Positions 19,783-29,377 of a stretch of 64,000 bases of DNA are shown here, piece by piece; position 1 is the stretch's first letter; each line of letters starts with the position of its first letter. The stretch comes from Flavobacteriaceae bacterium (GTDB lineage Bacteria > Bacteroidota > Bacteroidia > Flavobacteriales > Flavobacteriaceae), in the NCBI GenBank assembly GCA_028279515.1, contig JANQNQ010000009.1, positions 194,429 through 258,428 on the forward strand, read 5' to 3'. Both the position numbers and the translations under genes were made by a program. Under the pieces are notes generated by a model, which was given only the letters and a program-made list of their open reading frames with translations, was not told where the DNA came from and did no database searches.

Positions 19783-20123
19783 TAAGAATAGAAATTATTT
19801 CCATGATCAGGGCCATTCGAAGATGGTTCATATCCAATCTCACCATCAAAGGAAGAAGGGAGAAATACTATAAGAAGGCATTCAACCATTTGGATGAACT
19901 TGACACCAATAGAAAACTGAATGCCAAGCTTAAGGTTGTGCATAGTTCAGGCAGAATATTGAAGGTGCGTAAGATACTTGGATTCTGCAAGGGCAAGGGA
20001 AGCATTAGCAAGGTGTCAACCAACAAAGGTGAATTGAGAACAAAATTGAGTGGGATGCACAAGAGGGAACTAAGATCTAGTGGACTGACCATCAGTAAAG
20101 ACCTAAAGTTCAAAGATGCATAA
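19779..20123 (+). CDS. Hypothetical highly basic small protein
   Basis: 114 aa, Lys/Arg-rich. Confidence 0.3.
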   Translation: MIRIEIISMIRAIRRWFISNLTIKGRREKYYKKAFNHLDELDTNRKLNAKLKVVHSSGRILKVRKILGFCKGKGSISKVSTNKGELRTKLSGMHKRELRSSGLTISKDLKFKDA

Positions 20124-21018
20124 GATCGAGATAACAGGCACAAACACCGTTCTCAGCTATCCAGAGGACGGTACCGAGTTCACCCGGCAACAATTCATCG
20201 ACTTTGCCGGGCTCTCGTGCCTGTATATGTCGAACCATCTCACTTGGGAACAATTCAAGATCAAGCTCACCTATGCATTGCTTGGACTGAGAAGGGACCT
20301 TGATGTAAAAAAGGTGACCATTGCCAACATGGACTTCTTCGACAACCTGACCCGAATATCGAAATTCGCTGAGGGTTTCTTTACGGAAAAGAAGCTGAAG
20401 GGAGAGAAACCGGTGAAGGTGGTCAAGCCCGATTTCATGAAGCAGAAGATTCCAAGTTTCTCGATCGGTTATAGAGCGTTCCATGGCCCGAATGATGGGC
20501 TGTTCAATACAAAGTTCGGTGAGTACATACAGGCTCATGCATATTTCAACGATTTCAGTGAAAGTGGCCTCGAGCATGACCTTGACATGATGATCGCAAC
20601 TTTATACAGACCGAAGAAACGATTCTTGAGATGGAAACGTAGATCGGTCAATTACGACGGTGATGTTCGCCAGAAGTTCAACCCAAACCTGACCGAAGCA
20701 TATGCCCTTAAGATATGCAAACTATCATTTGACATCAAATATGCCATATACCTATATATGGCCAGCTGTCAATACTTGATCGCCAATACGCCCAATTTGG
20801 AACTCAAGGGAGGACTGACAATGGACCTATCGTCATTGTTCAGCTCGAAGGGGCAAGGTAAGGTAAAGAAGGGGTTGGGGCTTGTAGGCACATTGTTCGA
20901 TATATCACAAACAAACGTTTTCGGTAATATCGATGAAACGTCCGAACAGAACACCTTTGATGTGTTTGCCTATCTATGTCAGAATCAAGAGAAACTTAGA
21001 AAAGTGAAGAAAAAATGA
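20116..21018 (+). CDS. Putative major tail protein (by position only)
   Basis: 300 aa. It precedes two small ORFs and the tape measure gene, the canonical siphovirus order. Confidence 0.35.
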   Translation: MHKIEITGTNTVLSYPEDGTEFTRQQFIDFAGLSCLYMSNHLTWEQFKIKLTYALLGLRRDLDVKKVTIANMDFFDNLTRISKFAEGFFTEKKLKGEKPVKVVKPDFMKQKIPSFSIGYRAFHGPNDGLFNTKFGEYIQAHAYFNDFSESGLEHDLDMMIATLYRPKKRFLRWKRRSVNYDGDVRQKFNPNLTEAYALKICKLSFDIKYAIYLYMASCQYLIANTPNLELKGGLTMDLSSLFSSKGQGKVKKGLGLVGTLFDISQTNVFGNIDETSEQNTFDVFAYLCQNQEKLRKVKKK

Positions 21019-21470
21019 TATTGTTATCAGAATTGGAGGGATTTGCCCAAGAATGTGTCGATACGATCGGCAGGCTGGTGGACTTTAAATTGGTGTCTAC
21101 GGATGACGAGGCCAACAAGTTCATGAAGGACGTACATGGCCGTAATGACCAATGTGTTCTCATAGTCGTTGTTCCATCACATGATCCTGACATCGAAAAT
21201 GAGGACAACATAAAGTTTGACAACAATATGATCTTTATGGTCCAACACAAGACCGACAGCAAGGGCGGTGCTGATGCAAGAAATCATTCTTTCAGAATAA
21301 CGCAGCCCGTTGTGAAGACAGTATTCGATAAGGTACTAAGCCTATATCTGAACATGGGTGATAATTGCGTATTTCGCGGGCTCAAACTTCAGAGCTTTCA
21401 GATCGACCCTCACCCGGACTACTTTCAATCGAACGGGTATATTTTACAATTCGTAAACCAGACCTATTAG
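21015..21470 (+). CDS. Putative tail assembly chaperone (by position only)
   Basis: 151-aa acidic protein upstream of the tape measure gene. Confidence 0.3.
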   Translation: MILLSELEGFAQECVDTIGRLVDFKLVSTDDEANKFMKDVHGRNDQCVLIVVVPSHDPDIENEDNIKFDNNMIFMVQHKTDSKGGADARNHSFRITQPVVKTVFDKVLSLYLNMGDNCVFRGLKLQSFQIDPHPDYFQSNGYILQFVNQTY

Positions 21471-21516
21471 GGTCAATGTCCTTTTAGAGATAGGTGCCTT
21501 CCCTTAAAATTGCTAT

Positions 21517-21906
21517 ATGGCTAGCAATTCAACTATCAATGAACGCCTTTCAGGTTCAAACACCTTGGAAAAGATATTTATCACTCGCGTATTGAAGGAT
21601 ACGGCCAAGGACATAATTTCCTCTCAAGACAAGGCATTCTCACGACTTCGAAATGTCGAGAACATAGCACAGATCCGATCAGCGAGGAAGATCAAAGTTT
21701 CGGGTGTCAAACTACAATTTACCCATAGTATTCGCCAACGATTTATTGATATGAAACGTATTAGGGGCCAGCATCAGAAGAGCGGGCTGGTCCATAACAA
21801 GGTTTTATTCCCAAGTCTAATGGGTAGCATGGTGGCCGAGCTGGCCTTCGGATTCACGGAACAGGTGAAGAAAGAACTCTCAATCGAACATAATATCCAA
21901 TTGTAA
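21517..21906 (+). CDS. Putative tail assembly chaperone/hypothetical protein
   Basis: 129 aa. Its stop overlaps the tape measure start. Confidence 0.3.
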   Translation: MASNSTINERLSGSNTLEKIFITRVLKDTAKDIISSQDKAFSRLRNVENIAQIRSARKIKVSGVKLQFTHSIRQRFIDMKRIRGQHQKSGLVHNKVLFPSLMGSMVAELAFGFTEQVKKELSIEHNIQL

Positions 21907-24900
21907 TGCCAAGAAAGATATCAGACGAAACACTGAAGTTCAATGTCGTTATCAATGGCAACGAGGGGCAGCGTGAGTACAATAAACTTACGCGGGCCAA
22001 CAAGAAACTTTTGGAAGCAAATGAAGACTTAGAGAAACAGGCAAAAAAGCTAAGACGCTCTAACAAGGCAAATGCTGATGAGTTGGCAGCACTTGAAAAA
22101 CAGATCCAAGAGAACAATGCTACGATAAAGGAGAATTCTGATCGAATGAGCGACCTCACAAAGGAGATCGGGCTGAGTAACCTCACCATGAAGCAGCTCA
22201 AAAAGGAAGCAAGAGACCTGCAGCGAACCTTGGATAATTTAGATCCAAATGACAACAATTTTAAAGAATTATCGCAGCAACTTGTCCAGGTCAAGAATAG
22301 AATGACCGAACTGAAAGCTGAAACGAATGCTACCATCGATTCGTTGGAAGACAATTTGGGAACTTTAGAGAATTTTGGAGCCGGAATCGGCAACCTGTTC
22401 GTTGGTTTCAAAAGGGGTGATGCAAAACAGGTCCAAGACGGGCTGAGAGGAATTGCATCGGGATTCCATGGGGCTCGCAAGGCGGCTTTGGCATTCATAT
22501 CAACCCCTGTTGGTGCGTTTCTGGCCATTGTGGCTGGAATTGGAGCAATAGCCAGGGAATTTGTAATCTACAATGAGTCTATCCGTGAATCCGCATTGTT
22601 GACAGAGCAGTTGACCGGATCGACAGGTCAGGCGGCCGACGATATACGTGTAAGGGCACAAGCGCTCACCGATACATTTGGAGGGGATTTCAATGAGAAT
22701 TTGAAAGATGCAAAGGTGTTGGTAAATGAATTTGGTGTCAGTTATGAAAAGGCATTCGATATCATTGAAGAAGGTCTTATCAGAGGTGGAAAGGCTAATG
22801 ATGAGTTCCTTGAATCCATCGAGGAGTACAGTACCTTTTTCTCCAATGCCGGATTCAGCGCCAATGAGTTCAGAAAGATACTCAACACAGGTGTCGATCT
22901 CAGTATCTATAAGGACAAGCTACCCGATGCCATCAAGGAATTTGACCTATCGATCCGGGAACAGACCGACAGCACTAAGGAAGCATTGATCAATGCCTAT
23001 GGTAAGACATTCACCGATGCATTGCTGAAACGTGTCAGAGAAGGAAAGATCACTACAAAGGAAGCATTGGCCGAGATCGCTAAAGAGTCCCAAAGAACCG
23101 GGACGACCATACAGCAGAATGCCCAATTGACGGCTGACCTGTTTAGGGGAGCGGGCGAGGACGCGGGTGGAGCTCTTAAGATATTCGAAGCGGTCAACAT
23201 TGCCTTGGGCGATCAGGAAAGGGCATTGACGCCATTGCAGGAGCAATTGCAACGGGTAGCGGACGCGAACGAAGAATTGGCAAAGGCACAAGATGACGCG
23301 TTGAAATCTGATGACTATATAGAGTTCAGCAACAATGTCTCACTTTTCTGGACGAAGGTAAAGACGCTTTTCTTCAACGGTGTCTCGTTCATTTTGACCA
23401 AATTCAATGAGGTTCAGAACTTCACTTTGAAGTTCTTCTTCCAGACCATTGCGACCATCAAAGTGTTGCCAACCGTTGTAAGAGAAGCCTTCTCATCAAT
23501 GGTCACCGAGGCAGGTGAGGCCATAAAAAGTCTTTTCAGTTTCGGGCAGATATTCGAAAGACTGTTGAATTTGGACTTTGAAGGTGCCAAGGAAGCGTTC
23601 AAGGATTACACTGCCAACGTCAAAAGTGAATTTGGTGATGTTGGAAATGTTGTCGGTGAGGCGATCGATAAGATCCAAGCTGTGAGAAAGGCGGTTGGTG
23701 ATGCCGTAGATGCAGATCTCGCTAGGCAACGCGAAGGAGCAGTGCTAGCTTCGGGTATAGAAGATCAGGAAACAAACAATGGCAGTGGAAATGAGAATGA
23801 CAAGGAAGATGAACTCTCAGCCGAGGACAAGCGCAGGCTAGAGTCAAGAAAACGTCTTTATGAGATGTTGGATGCCTTGGAGGCGGAACGCGAGCTGATA
23901 GAGAAGCAAAAGCAAGTCGATGATATAACAGCGAAGCAGCTAGAAGAAGAGGCCGCATTGCAAGAGAAGTTTGCAAAGTTGGAGGCAGATGCCAATGGTG
24001 AGACCGAATTATTGGCAGGGTTTGAAGAAGAAAAGCAGTTTAGACTCCAGGAGATCCGGGACAAGTATGATAAACTGAGAAGTGAGCGCGATGCGACCAG
24101 AAAGAAAGAATTTCTCGAAAAAGAACAGAAATTCAAAGGAAAGCTGGCCGAGGCAGAGGAAAACCTACAGAAAGCTCGTGCAGCTGCTTTGAACAGTGGC
24201 CTAAATGCATTGAGAAGCTTCTTTGGAGAGTCCAGCAAGATCGGTAAGGCCATTTTTCTACTGCAGCAAGGCATGGCCGTCAATGAGGTGCTTATTACTA
24301 CCGCTAAATCAATTGCCCAAGCCAAGGCGGCAGACGCTGCAATCCCAGCCGTTATTCCTCCTGGATTTATAAACCCTTTCAAAGTAATCTCAACATCAAC
24401 AATGTTAAAGAATGTGGCTGCTGCCAAATTCACGGCTGCATCCCAGATCGCATCCATACTATCTGCAACGGTAGAAGGCTTCGAAGATGGCCTTTATCCT
24501 GTAACAAGAACCGATGGGAGAAGATTCAAGGCAAGTATAGGTGGTGACCCAAGAACTCAGATCGTTGATAGACCTACCCTTTTCAACGGACCGTTTTTGG
24601 CAGGGGAGGCCGGAAGGTCACAACCGGAGATGATCATAGACGGTAACACGTTCAATCGATTGGATCCAAGAGTGATCGACTATATACTTCAAACGGCAGG
24701 AAAGGTCAGAGGCTTCCAATCTGGGTTTACTTCTGAAAGGGCTCAGTCGGTCGCTGATGTAACGACCCCAGAGCCAGACAACGAAACTAGCATGACAGAT
24801 ATCATGATCGCGACATTCGACCTTTTGGTGGATCTCAAAGAGAATGGGATTGATGCTCGCTCGATTATCGGGGATGACAAGATCCAAGAATTGGATGAAA

Positions 24901-24944
24901 GGAAAGAACAACTCGAAACCACCAGAGACAAAGCAAAACGATAA
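21906..24944 (+). CDS. Tail tape measure protein
   Basis: 1012 aa, the longest gene in the cluster. It has extensive coiled-coil segments, hydrophobic central patches and a Gly/Ala-rich region. Confidence 0.7.
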   Translation: MPRKISDETLKFNVVINGNEGQREYNKLTRANKKLLEANEDLEKQAKKLRRSNKANADELAALEKQIQENNATIKENSDRMSDLTKEIGLSNLTMKQLKKEARDLQRTLDNLDPNDNNFKELSQQLVQVKNRMTELKAETNATIDSLEDNLGTLENFGAGIGNLFVGFKRGDAKQVQDGLRGIASGFHGARKAALAFISTPVGAFLAIVAGIGAIAREFVIYNESIRESALLTEQLTGSTGQAADDIRVRAQALTDTFGGDFNENLKDAKVLVNEFGVSYEKAFDIIEEGLIRGGKANDEFLESIEEYSTFFSNAGFSANEFRKILNTGVDLSIYKDKLPDAIKEFDLSIREQTDSTKEALINAYGKTFTDALLKRVREGKITTKEALAEIAKESQRTGTTIQQNAQLTADLFRGAGEDAGGALKIFEAVNIALGDQERALTPLQEQLQRVADANEELAKAQDDALKSDDYIEFSNNVSLFWTKVKTLFFNGVSFILTKFNEVQNFTLKFFFQTIATIKVLPTVVREAFSSMVTEAGEAIKSLFSFGQIFERLLNLDFEGAKEAFKDYTANVKSEFGDVGNVVGEAIDKIQAVRKAVGDAVDADLARQREGAVLASGIEDQETNNGSGNENDKEDELSAEDKRRLESRKRLYEMLDALEAERELIEKQKQVDDITAKQLEEEAALQEKFAKLEADANGETELLAGFEEEKQFRLQEIRDKYDKLRSERDATRKKEFLEKEQKFKGKLAEAEENLQKARAAALNSGLNALRSFFGESSKIGKAIFLLQQGMAVNEVLITTAKSIAQAKAADAAIPAVIPPGFINPFKVISTSTMLKNVAAAKFTAASQIASILSATVEGFEDGLYPVTRTDGRRFKASIGGDPRTQIVDRPTLFNGPFLAGEAGRSQPEMIIDGNTFNRLDPRVIDYILQTAGKVRGFQSGFTSERAQSVADVTTPEPDNETSMTDIMIATFDLLVDLKENGIDARSIIGDDKIQELDERKEQLETTRDKAKR

Positions 24945-24946
24945 TT

Positions 24947-26866
24947 ATGGCCACACCAAGCGTATTCAACTTCACGTATACAAAGTACACCTCTGAACCC
25001 CAATTGCAGTCGGTGGTGATCGACACAAGGGAATACACTCTTTATTTTGAAGACAACTTCCCAAATTGGGTTCGATTTCTGAATGCAGTTCCAAGACCCA
25101 ATGTGAACAATTCCATTTGGGACGCTAGCATCGGCCTCAACGGGTCTGTGTTGGACAATATGCCGCCAGGAACACATACAGCGAACATATCACTCACCGC
25201 ATATGTGTCCGACAACCAAGGTGGCGGAGGATTCGGAAGTGGTGATCTCATTGATGGTGTTGACACATTTACGGTGAACGTCACGATTGTTGATAATATC
25301 CTTCTCGACCTTGATCCGACCAATTTGTTCTTTACATATGAGATAGGGGGCTCACTTCCTTCAGACCAATCCATACAGGTATCTGCCAGTACGAATTGGT
25401 CCTTGGCCGCTTCCGAATCTTGGGTCAACGTAGGCAGTTCTACGGGAAGTACGTCTGAGCTTGTGACAATAGGGGTCAGCCCCTCAAGTTTGACACCTGG
25501 AGTCTATAATGCAACACTTACTCTTACTGATGGGGTGTCTGTCAAAACTGCCAATGTAGAGCTCATTGTGACAAATCCAACTATGGGTGAGTTCCTTTTG
25601 GTGACGCCCGAGGTTGTTGAGTTGGTTGAACAATTGGGAGAATTACCATTACAGTCCAAAGACCTTCAGATCAATAGTTCACAAAGTTGGGACGCGACAT
25701 TGACCGAGACATGGATGCAGTTATCAGCCAGTAGCGGGACTGCAGGTATTACAACGATTCAGGTGTCTGCAGACAGCCAATCTTTGGGATTGGGGGTCTA
25801 CAACGGGCAGATACGTTTCGACGCTAATGGTATCATCAAGGTCGTTAATGTGGTACTTATAATTCTGGAACTCGGGTTGGATGGCATTGAGAGCGATACG
25901 ACCTATTTCATAGATGATCGTAACTATCTAAGTTCGGGAAGCGCGTTGCCCAACACATTCCTAAATGCACGGATAATTGACAACTATTTGGGAAATGCGT
26001 ATCAGTTGCAGAAATCGGCACCATTTTTTAACGGCAATGCCAAGATCCTAATGGGGCAGGAAGGTAATCACATCATAAAGTCGATTCCGGTGACCGATAA
26101 CCTTATCACTTCCGCATTCATTCCTGTCACTCCAATGATCCAATCTTTGGAGGCCTATGAGAAGAGTCGATTCGACACGACCGAAACGTTGATCGGCAAT
26201 TTGAGCGGTGTAAGATTCTTTAAAGGGAAGACCCCAATAGTTGCCAACAGGGCCACGTACATGCCACAATTGGTCTATATGACCGCTGAATCCAAGATCG
26301 CATTGGCCGGATTCTCGGATTTGGTACCGTCGACGATCTCAATTGCTGGCAGCGTTACAGATACCATCGCCGTTTCCTTTTCGGGTACCAACTATGTGTA
26401 TCAATGCATAGTTGATCTTAGTAACTATCAGTTATCACCAGGGGACCAACTTAGCATAGGGTTTGCCGGTCAATCAGTGGATGTGATCATCATCGATAGG
26501 ACACCACAGCTAACTCAGCTTGCTTTTGAGAACGAATGGAACATATATGAGCTTTTCGATCTCAGAGGCTTCCTATCGATCGACAGTATACCGAAGGAAG
26601 TTACCACTGAACGCTTCATTGAGGGAGAGGAGATCACAAGGATACTCGAGTCGAAGGAGATCGATGAATTTACTTTGAACACTGGTCATATCTTTTCTAA
26701 CGAAGAATCTGAGTGGATATCGAGATTGAACAGTTCGAAGAGGATCTATTTACACATAAAAGGAAATTGGGTAGAGGTGGTCAGGCGTACACGAAAGATC
26801 GAGAAGTTCAAGACTCGAAAACACTTCAGAAGCTATAACCTAAAATTTAGAAAGGCAGTTGTATGA
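24947..26866 (+). CDS. Putative distal tail/tail fiber protein with Ig-like (BACON-like) domains
   Basis: 639 aa. Repeated Ser/Thr-rich beta-sandwich-like segments (GVYNATLTLTDG, GVYNGQIRFD). Confidence 0.4.
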   Translation: MATPSVFNFTYTKYTSEPQLQSVVIDTREYTLYFEDNFPNWVRFLNAVPRPNVNNSIWDASIGLNGSVLDNMPPGTHTANISLTAYVSDNQGGGGFGSGDLIDGVDTFTVNVTIVDNILLDLDPTNLFFTYEIGGSLPSDQSIQVSASTNWSLAASESWVNVGSSTGSTSELVTIGVSPSSLTPGVYNATLTLTDGVSVKTANVELIVTNPTMGEFLLVTPEVVELVEQLGELPLQSKDLQINSSQSWDATLTETWMQLSASSGTAGITTIQVSADSQSLGLGVYNGQIRFDANGIIKVVNVVLIILELGLDGIESDTTYFIDDRNYLSSGSALPNTFLNARIIDNYLGNAYQLQKSAPFFNGNAKILMGQEGNHIIKSIPVTDNLITSAFIPVTPMIQSLEAYEKSRFDTTETLIGNLSGVRFFKGKTPIVANRATYMPQLVYMTAESKIALAGFSDLVPSTISIAGSVTDTIAVSFSGTNYVYQCIVDLSNYQLSPGDQLSIGFAGQSVDVIIIDRTPQLTQLAFENEWNIYELFDLRGFLSIDSIPKEVTTERFIEGEEITRILESKEIDEFTLNTGHIFSNEESEWISRLNSSKRIYLHIKGNWVEVVRRTRKIEKFKTRKHFRSYNLKFRKAVV

Positions 26867-28632
26867 TAGCGTTTCAGAACTCGGATAAATTTATAGACCT
26901 GACCAGGTTTCGGCTAACCTTCAATGAGGAGAATTCTGCATTTATCGATGGAATCATAAAGAATTACAGCTTTCCCTTCTCGCTAAGACTTTACGAGGAA
27001 CTTGCGATCGGACTAGGATTCTCAAACGTGGAGGATGTGACTGGTGAACCAAGACAGATAGATGGACTGTTGATAATCGATGACGATTTTCACGATGCCT
27101 ATATAGAGATCAACCGGCGGGTAGGTGACCGTTTGGAAATGACACTATACTACGGGAAAGAATTGCTCGAGGTCTATGATCTAAATTTGAGACAACTACC
27201 ATGGCCAAGCATCATAAGCCTAAATTTCAACGACCACGCAAAGGATCTCATCAACAAGACATGGCCAGAGACGACACACATCTTCCCGATGATATTCAGG
27301 GAACAGTTGAAACAGGAAGTTAACTACGACGCATTTCAATATTTCGTTAATCATTTCGATGGCACCAACTACCTTCAAAATGATATAGACACCTCAGTGA
27401 CCCCGAATGTGATCAACAACAGAAATGTAATGGCTCCAGCTCCATTCGTTATGGCCATCTTCAAGCAGATCTATGCCTATGAGGGAAAGGAGGTAATCGG
27501 TGATTTCATCGATCATCCCATTTTGAGAAAGATGGTGCTGCAACCTAAAGCGTTCATGGAAAATTTCGATAGTACCACATTCCAGCAATGGAGCTTTGAT
27601 TACCCAACAGAACAGAACAACTTCGGGAATGTTTACGAGAGATCTATAACTGTGACCTTGAAGGGGACCTATAGATTGAAGGCGAAGATAAACATGAACT
27701 CTTCAATTGCGAATACGTTCTCATTCGATGTTGCACTGATAAGACCTGGTGGACAGATAGACACGGTTTACTCTGCAAGTGGATTCAACCAGAATATAAA
27801 CATCGATGAAGAGATCGAGATCAACATAAACGAGGACAATCAATACCAAGATCTCCGGGTGAGGATATCGATGACGCAGATCGCAATATCTATTGAGCCA
27901 TTCAATTCGTTCACGTTCCAATTCTGGGAGGGTGGACTGAATGTGTTCCCGCCAAGCTATACTTTGGCTGATTTTGTGCCGGATATGAAGGTGCGTGAAT
28001 TCGTGAACCAATTCAAGAATCTATTCAACTTGGACATCGACATCAACGAGAGCTTTGTCTCAATTGGGTTCATGGAAGAAACACTCCGGTCAATGACATA
28101 TGATGATCTCACCGAGTTCCAGGAAAAGAACCCCAAGATCAGGTATGACAGGAACAATATATATCAACTCAAGTTGGCAGACGGAACTAAGATATCAGTT
28201 GACAGCCAAGGGCTCAATTACTCTCTGGACTTCGATAGGCGAGCCGATGTTGAAGATATTGAGGTTGAAGGGGCGTTCTCAGAGATCGAGGAGAACGAAT
28301 CCATTTTGACGGCAAAACACCTGGCTGAACCATTTGAAATTTCAATCGCAATATACGATGGTCCTTTAGATGATATCCCTTTATTGACAGACCAGGTTGA
28401 TGGGACAAAATTAAACCTGTCCTACATTTACGATTACTTCTATCGATGGTGGCTAGACTTTAGAACGAGAAGCATCAATTATGTGACCAAATTCAAGACA
28501 CACATCACAAGAGATATCGATTTAAAGAAGGGGACATTCATATACAACAGAAAGCATCTGGTCCGTAAGGTTAGAAAGAGAAGGGTGGAGCAGGAGTTCT
28601 GGGAGTATGAGGTTGAGAGTGAGACTTTATAG
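26863..28632 (+). CDS. Putative tail tip/baseplate protein
   Basis: 589 aa, the last structural gene, overlapping the previous gene. Confidence 0.35.
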   Translation: MIAFQNSDKFIDLTRFRLTFNEENSAFIDGIIKNYSFPFSLRLYEELAIGLGFSNVEDVTGEPRQIDGLLIIDDDFHDAYIEINRRVGDRLEMTLYYGKELLEVYDLNLRQLPWPSIISLNFNDHAKDLINKTWPETTHIFPMIFREQLKQEVNYDAFQYFVNHFDGTNYLQNDIDTSVTPNVINNRNVMAPAPFVMAIFKQIYAYEGKEVIGDFIDHPILRKMVLQPKAFMENFDSTTFQQWSFDYPTEQNNFGNVYERSITVTLKGTYRLKAKINMNSSIANTFSFDVALIRPGGQIDTVYSASGFNQNINIDEEIEININEDNQYQDLRVRISMTQIAISIEPFNSFTFQFWEGGLNVFPPSYTLADFVPDMKVREFVNQFKNLFNLDIDINESFVSIGFMEETLRSMTYDDLTEFQEKNPKIRYDRNNIYQLKLADGTKISVDSQGLNYSLDFDRRADVEDIEVEGAFSEIEENESILTAKHLAEPFEISIAIYDGPLDDIPLLTDQVDGTKLNLSYIYDYFYRWWLDFRTRSINYVTKFKTHITRDIDLKKGTFIYNRKHLVRKVRKRRVEQEFWEYEVESETL

Positions 28633-28760
28633 GTGAATTATCCCCTTTTGGAATAATTATTGAAGCAGTATGTTTGAATACTGAATTCAATGGACTTAAT
28701 AGATGTTTAACAAGGACCAATAGGTATTTTACCTATATTTGACCCTACTAAACCAACAGA

Positions 28761-29141
28761 ATGGGCTTACATCTTAATGCAAATTTAGACCTTGGGGGGA
28801 AGAAATTCCACATCGAACTGGCATTGGTTCAGTTCAAAGAAGGCGATGTGTTTATTATTTATTCACCAGCCTTAGACCTATCAGGTTCCGGGTATTCTGA
28901 AAAAGAGGCAAGAGATTCATTTTCAATTGCTCTTGAAGAATTTGTTAGATATACTAATAATAAGAAAACCCTGAATAAAGTCTTGAAAGACCTTGGTTGG
29001 CAAGTACTTGGTTCTAATAAGAAGCCAAAGTTTACCCCACCGAAAGATTCTGATTTGATTGCATCCAACCCCTTGTACAGTGATATTATTAATAGTAAGA
29101 ATTACAGCGTATCAAGGGAAGATATAGCTATTCCGGTTTAA
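28761..29141 (+). CDS. HicB-like antitoxin-fold protein
   Basis: The segment FIIYSPALDLSGSGYSEKEARDSFSIALEEFVRY matches the HicB/UPF0150 core. It has its own TATATTTG box at 28734-28741. Confidence 0.45.
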   Translation: MGLHLNANLDLGGKKFHIELALVQFKEGDVFIIYSPALDLSGSGYSEKEARDSFSIALEEFVRYTNNKKTLNKVLKDLGWQVLGSNKKPKFTPPKDSDLIASNPLYSDIINSKNYSVSREDIAIPV

Positions 29142-29146
29142 TTTAA

Positions 29147-29377
29147 ATGTCTACCAAGCATCTACGAAACATACCGCTAAAACTTTATAGGGATTTTCTC
29201 GATGATAAAGGATGTAAATGCACAAGGACCAAAGGAGGTCATGAGCACTGGACAAGAAGTGACCTAGATAGGCCGATAACCGTGCAAACTCATGTCGACC
29301 CTGTCCCAGAGTTTATTATTAGGCAAGGTCTTCGGCAGTTAGGTGTTTCGAAAAAGGAATTTCTTGACTGGATTTAA
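29147..29377 (+). CDS. HicA-like mRNA-interferase toxin
   Basis: 76 aa. The KGGHEHWTR...ITVQTH...IIRQGLRQLGV pattern matches the HicA/YcfA family. Confidence 0.55.
   Translation: MSTKHLRNIPLKLYRDFLDDKGCKCTRTKGGHEHWTRSDLDRPITVQTHVDPVPEFIIRQGLRQLGVSKKEFLDWI

Noticed and set aside
21400-21530. Programmed -1 frameshift joining the two tail-chaperone-sized ORFs
   Set aside because: The ORFs are separated by a 46-bp non-overlapping gap and no slippery heptamer is evident. A frameshift cannot be supported from sequence alone.
21854-22528. 224-aa antisense ORF inside the tape measure gene. Similar long antisense ORFs exist at 23858-24457 and 39657-40301.
   Set aside because: They are low-complexity Ser/Ala-rich translations of the opposite strand of strongly supported genes.
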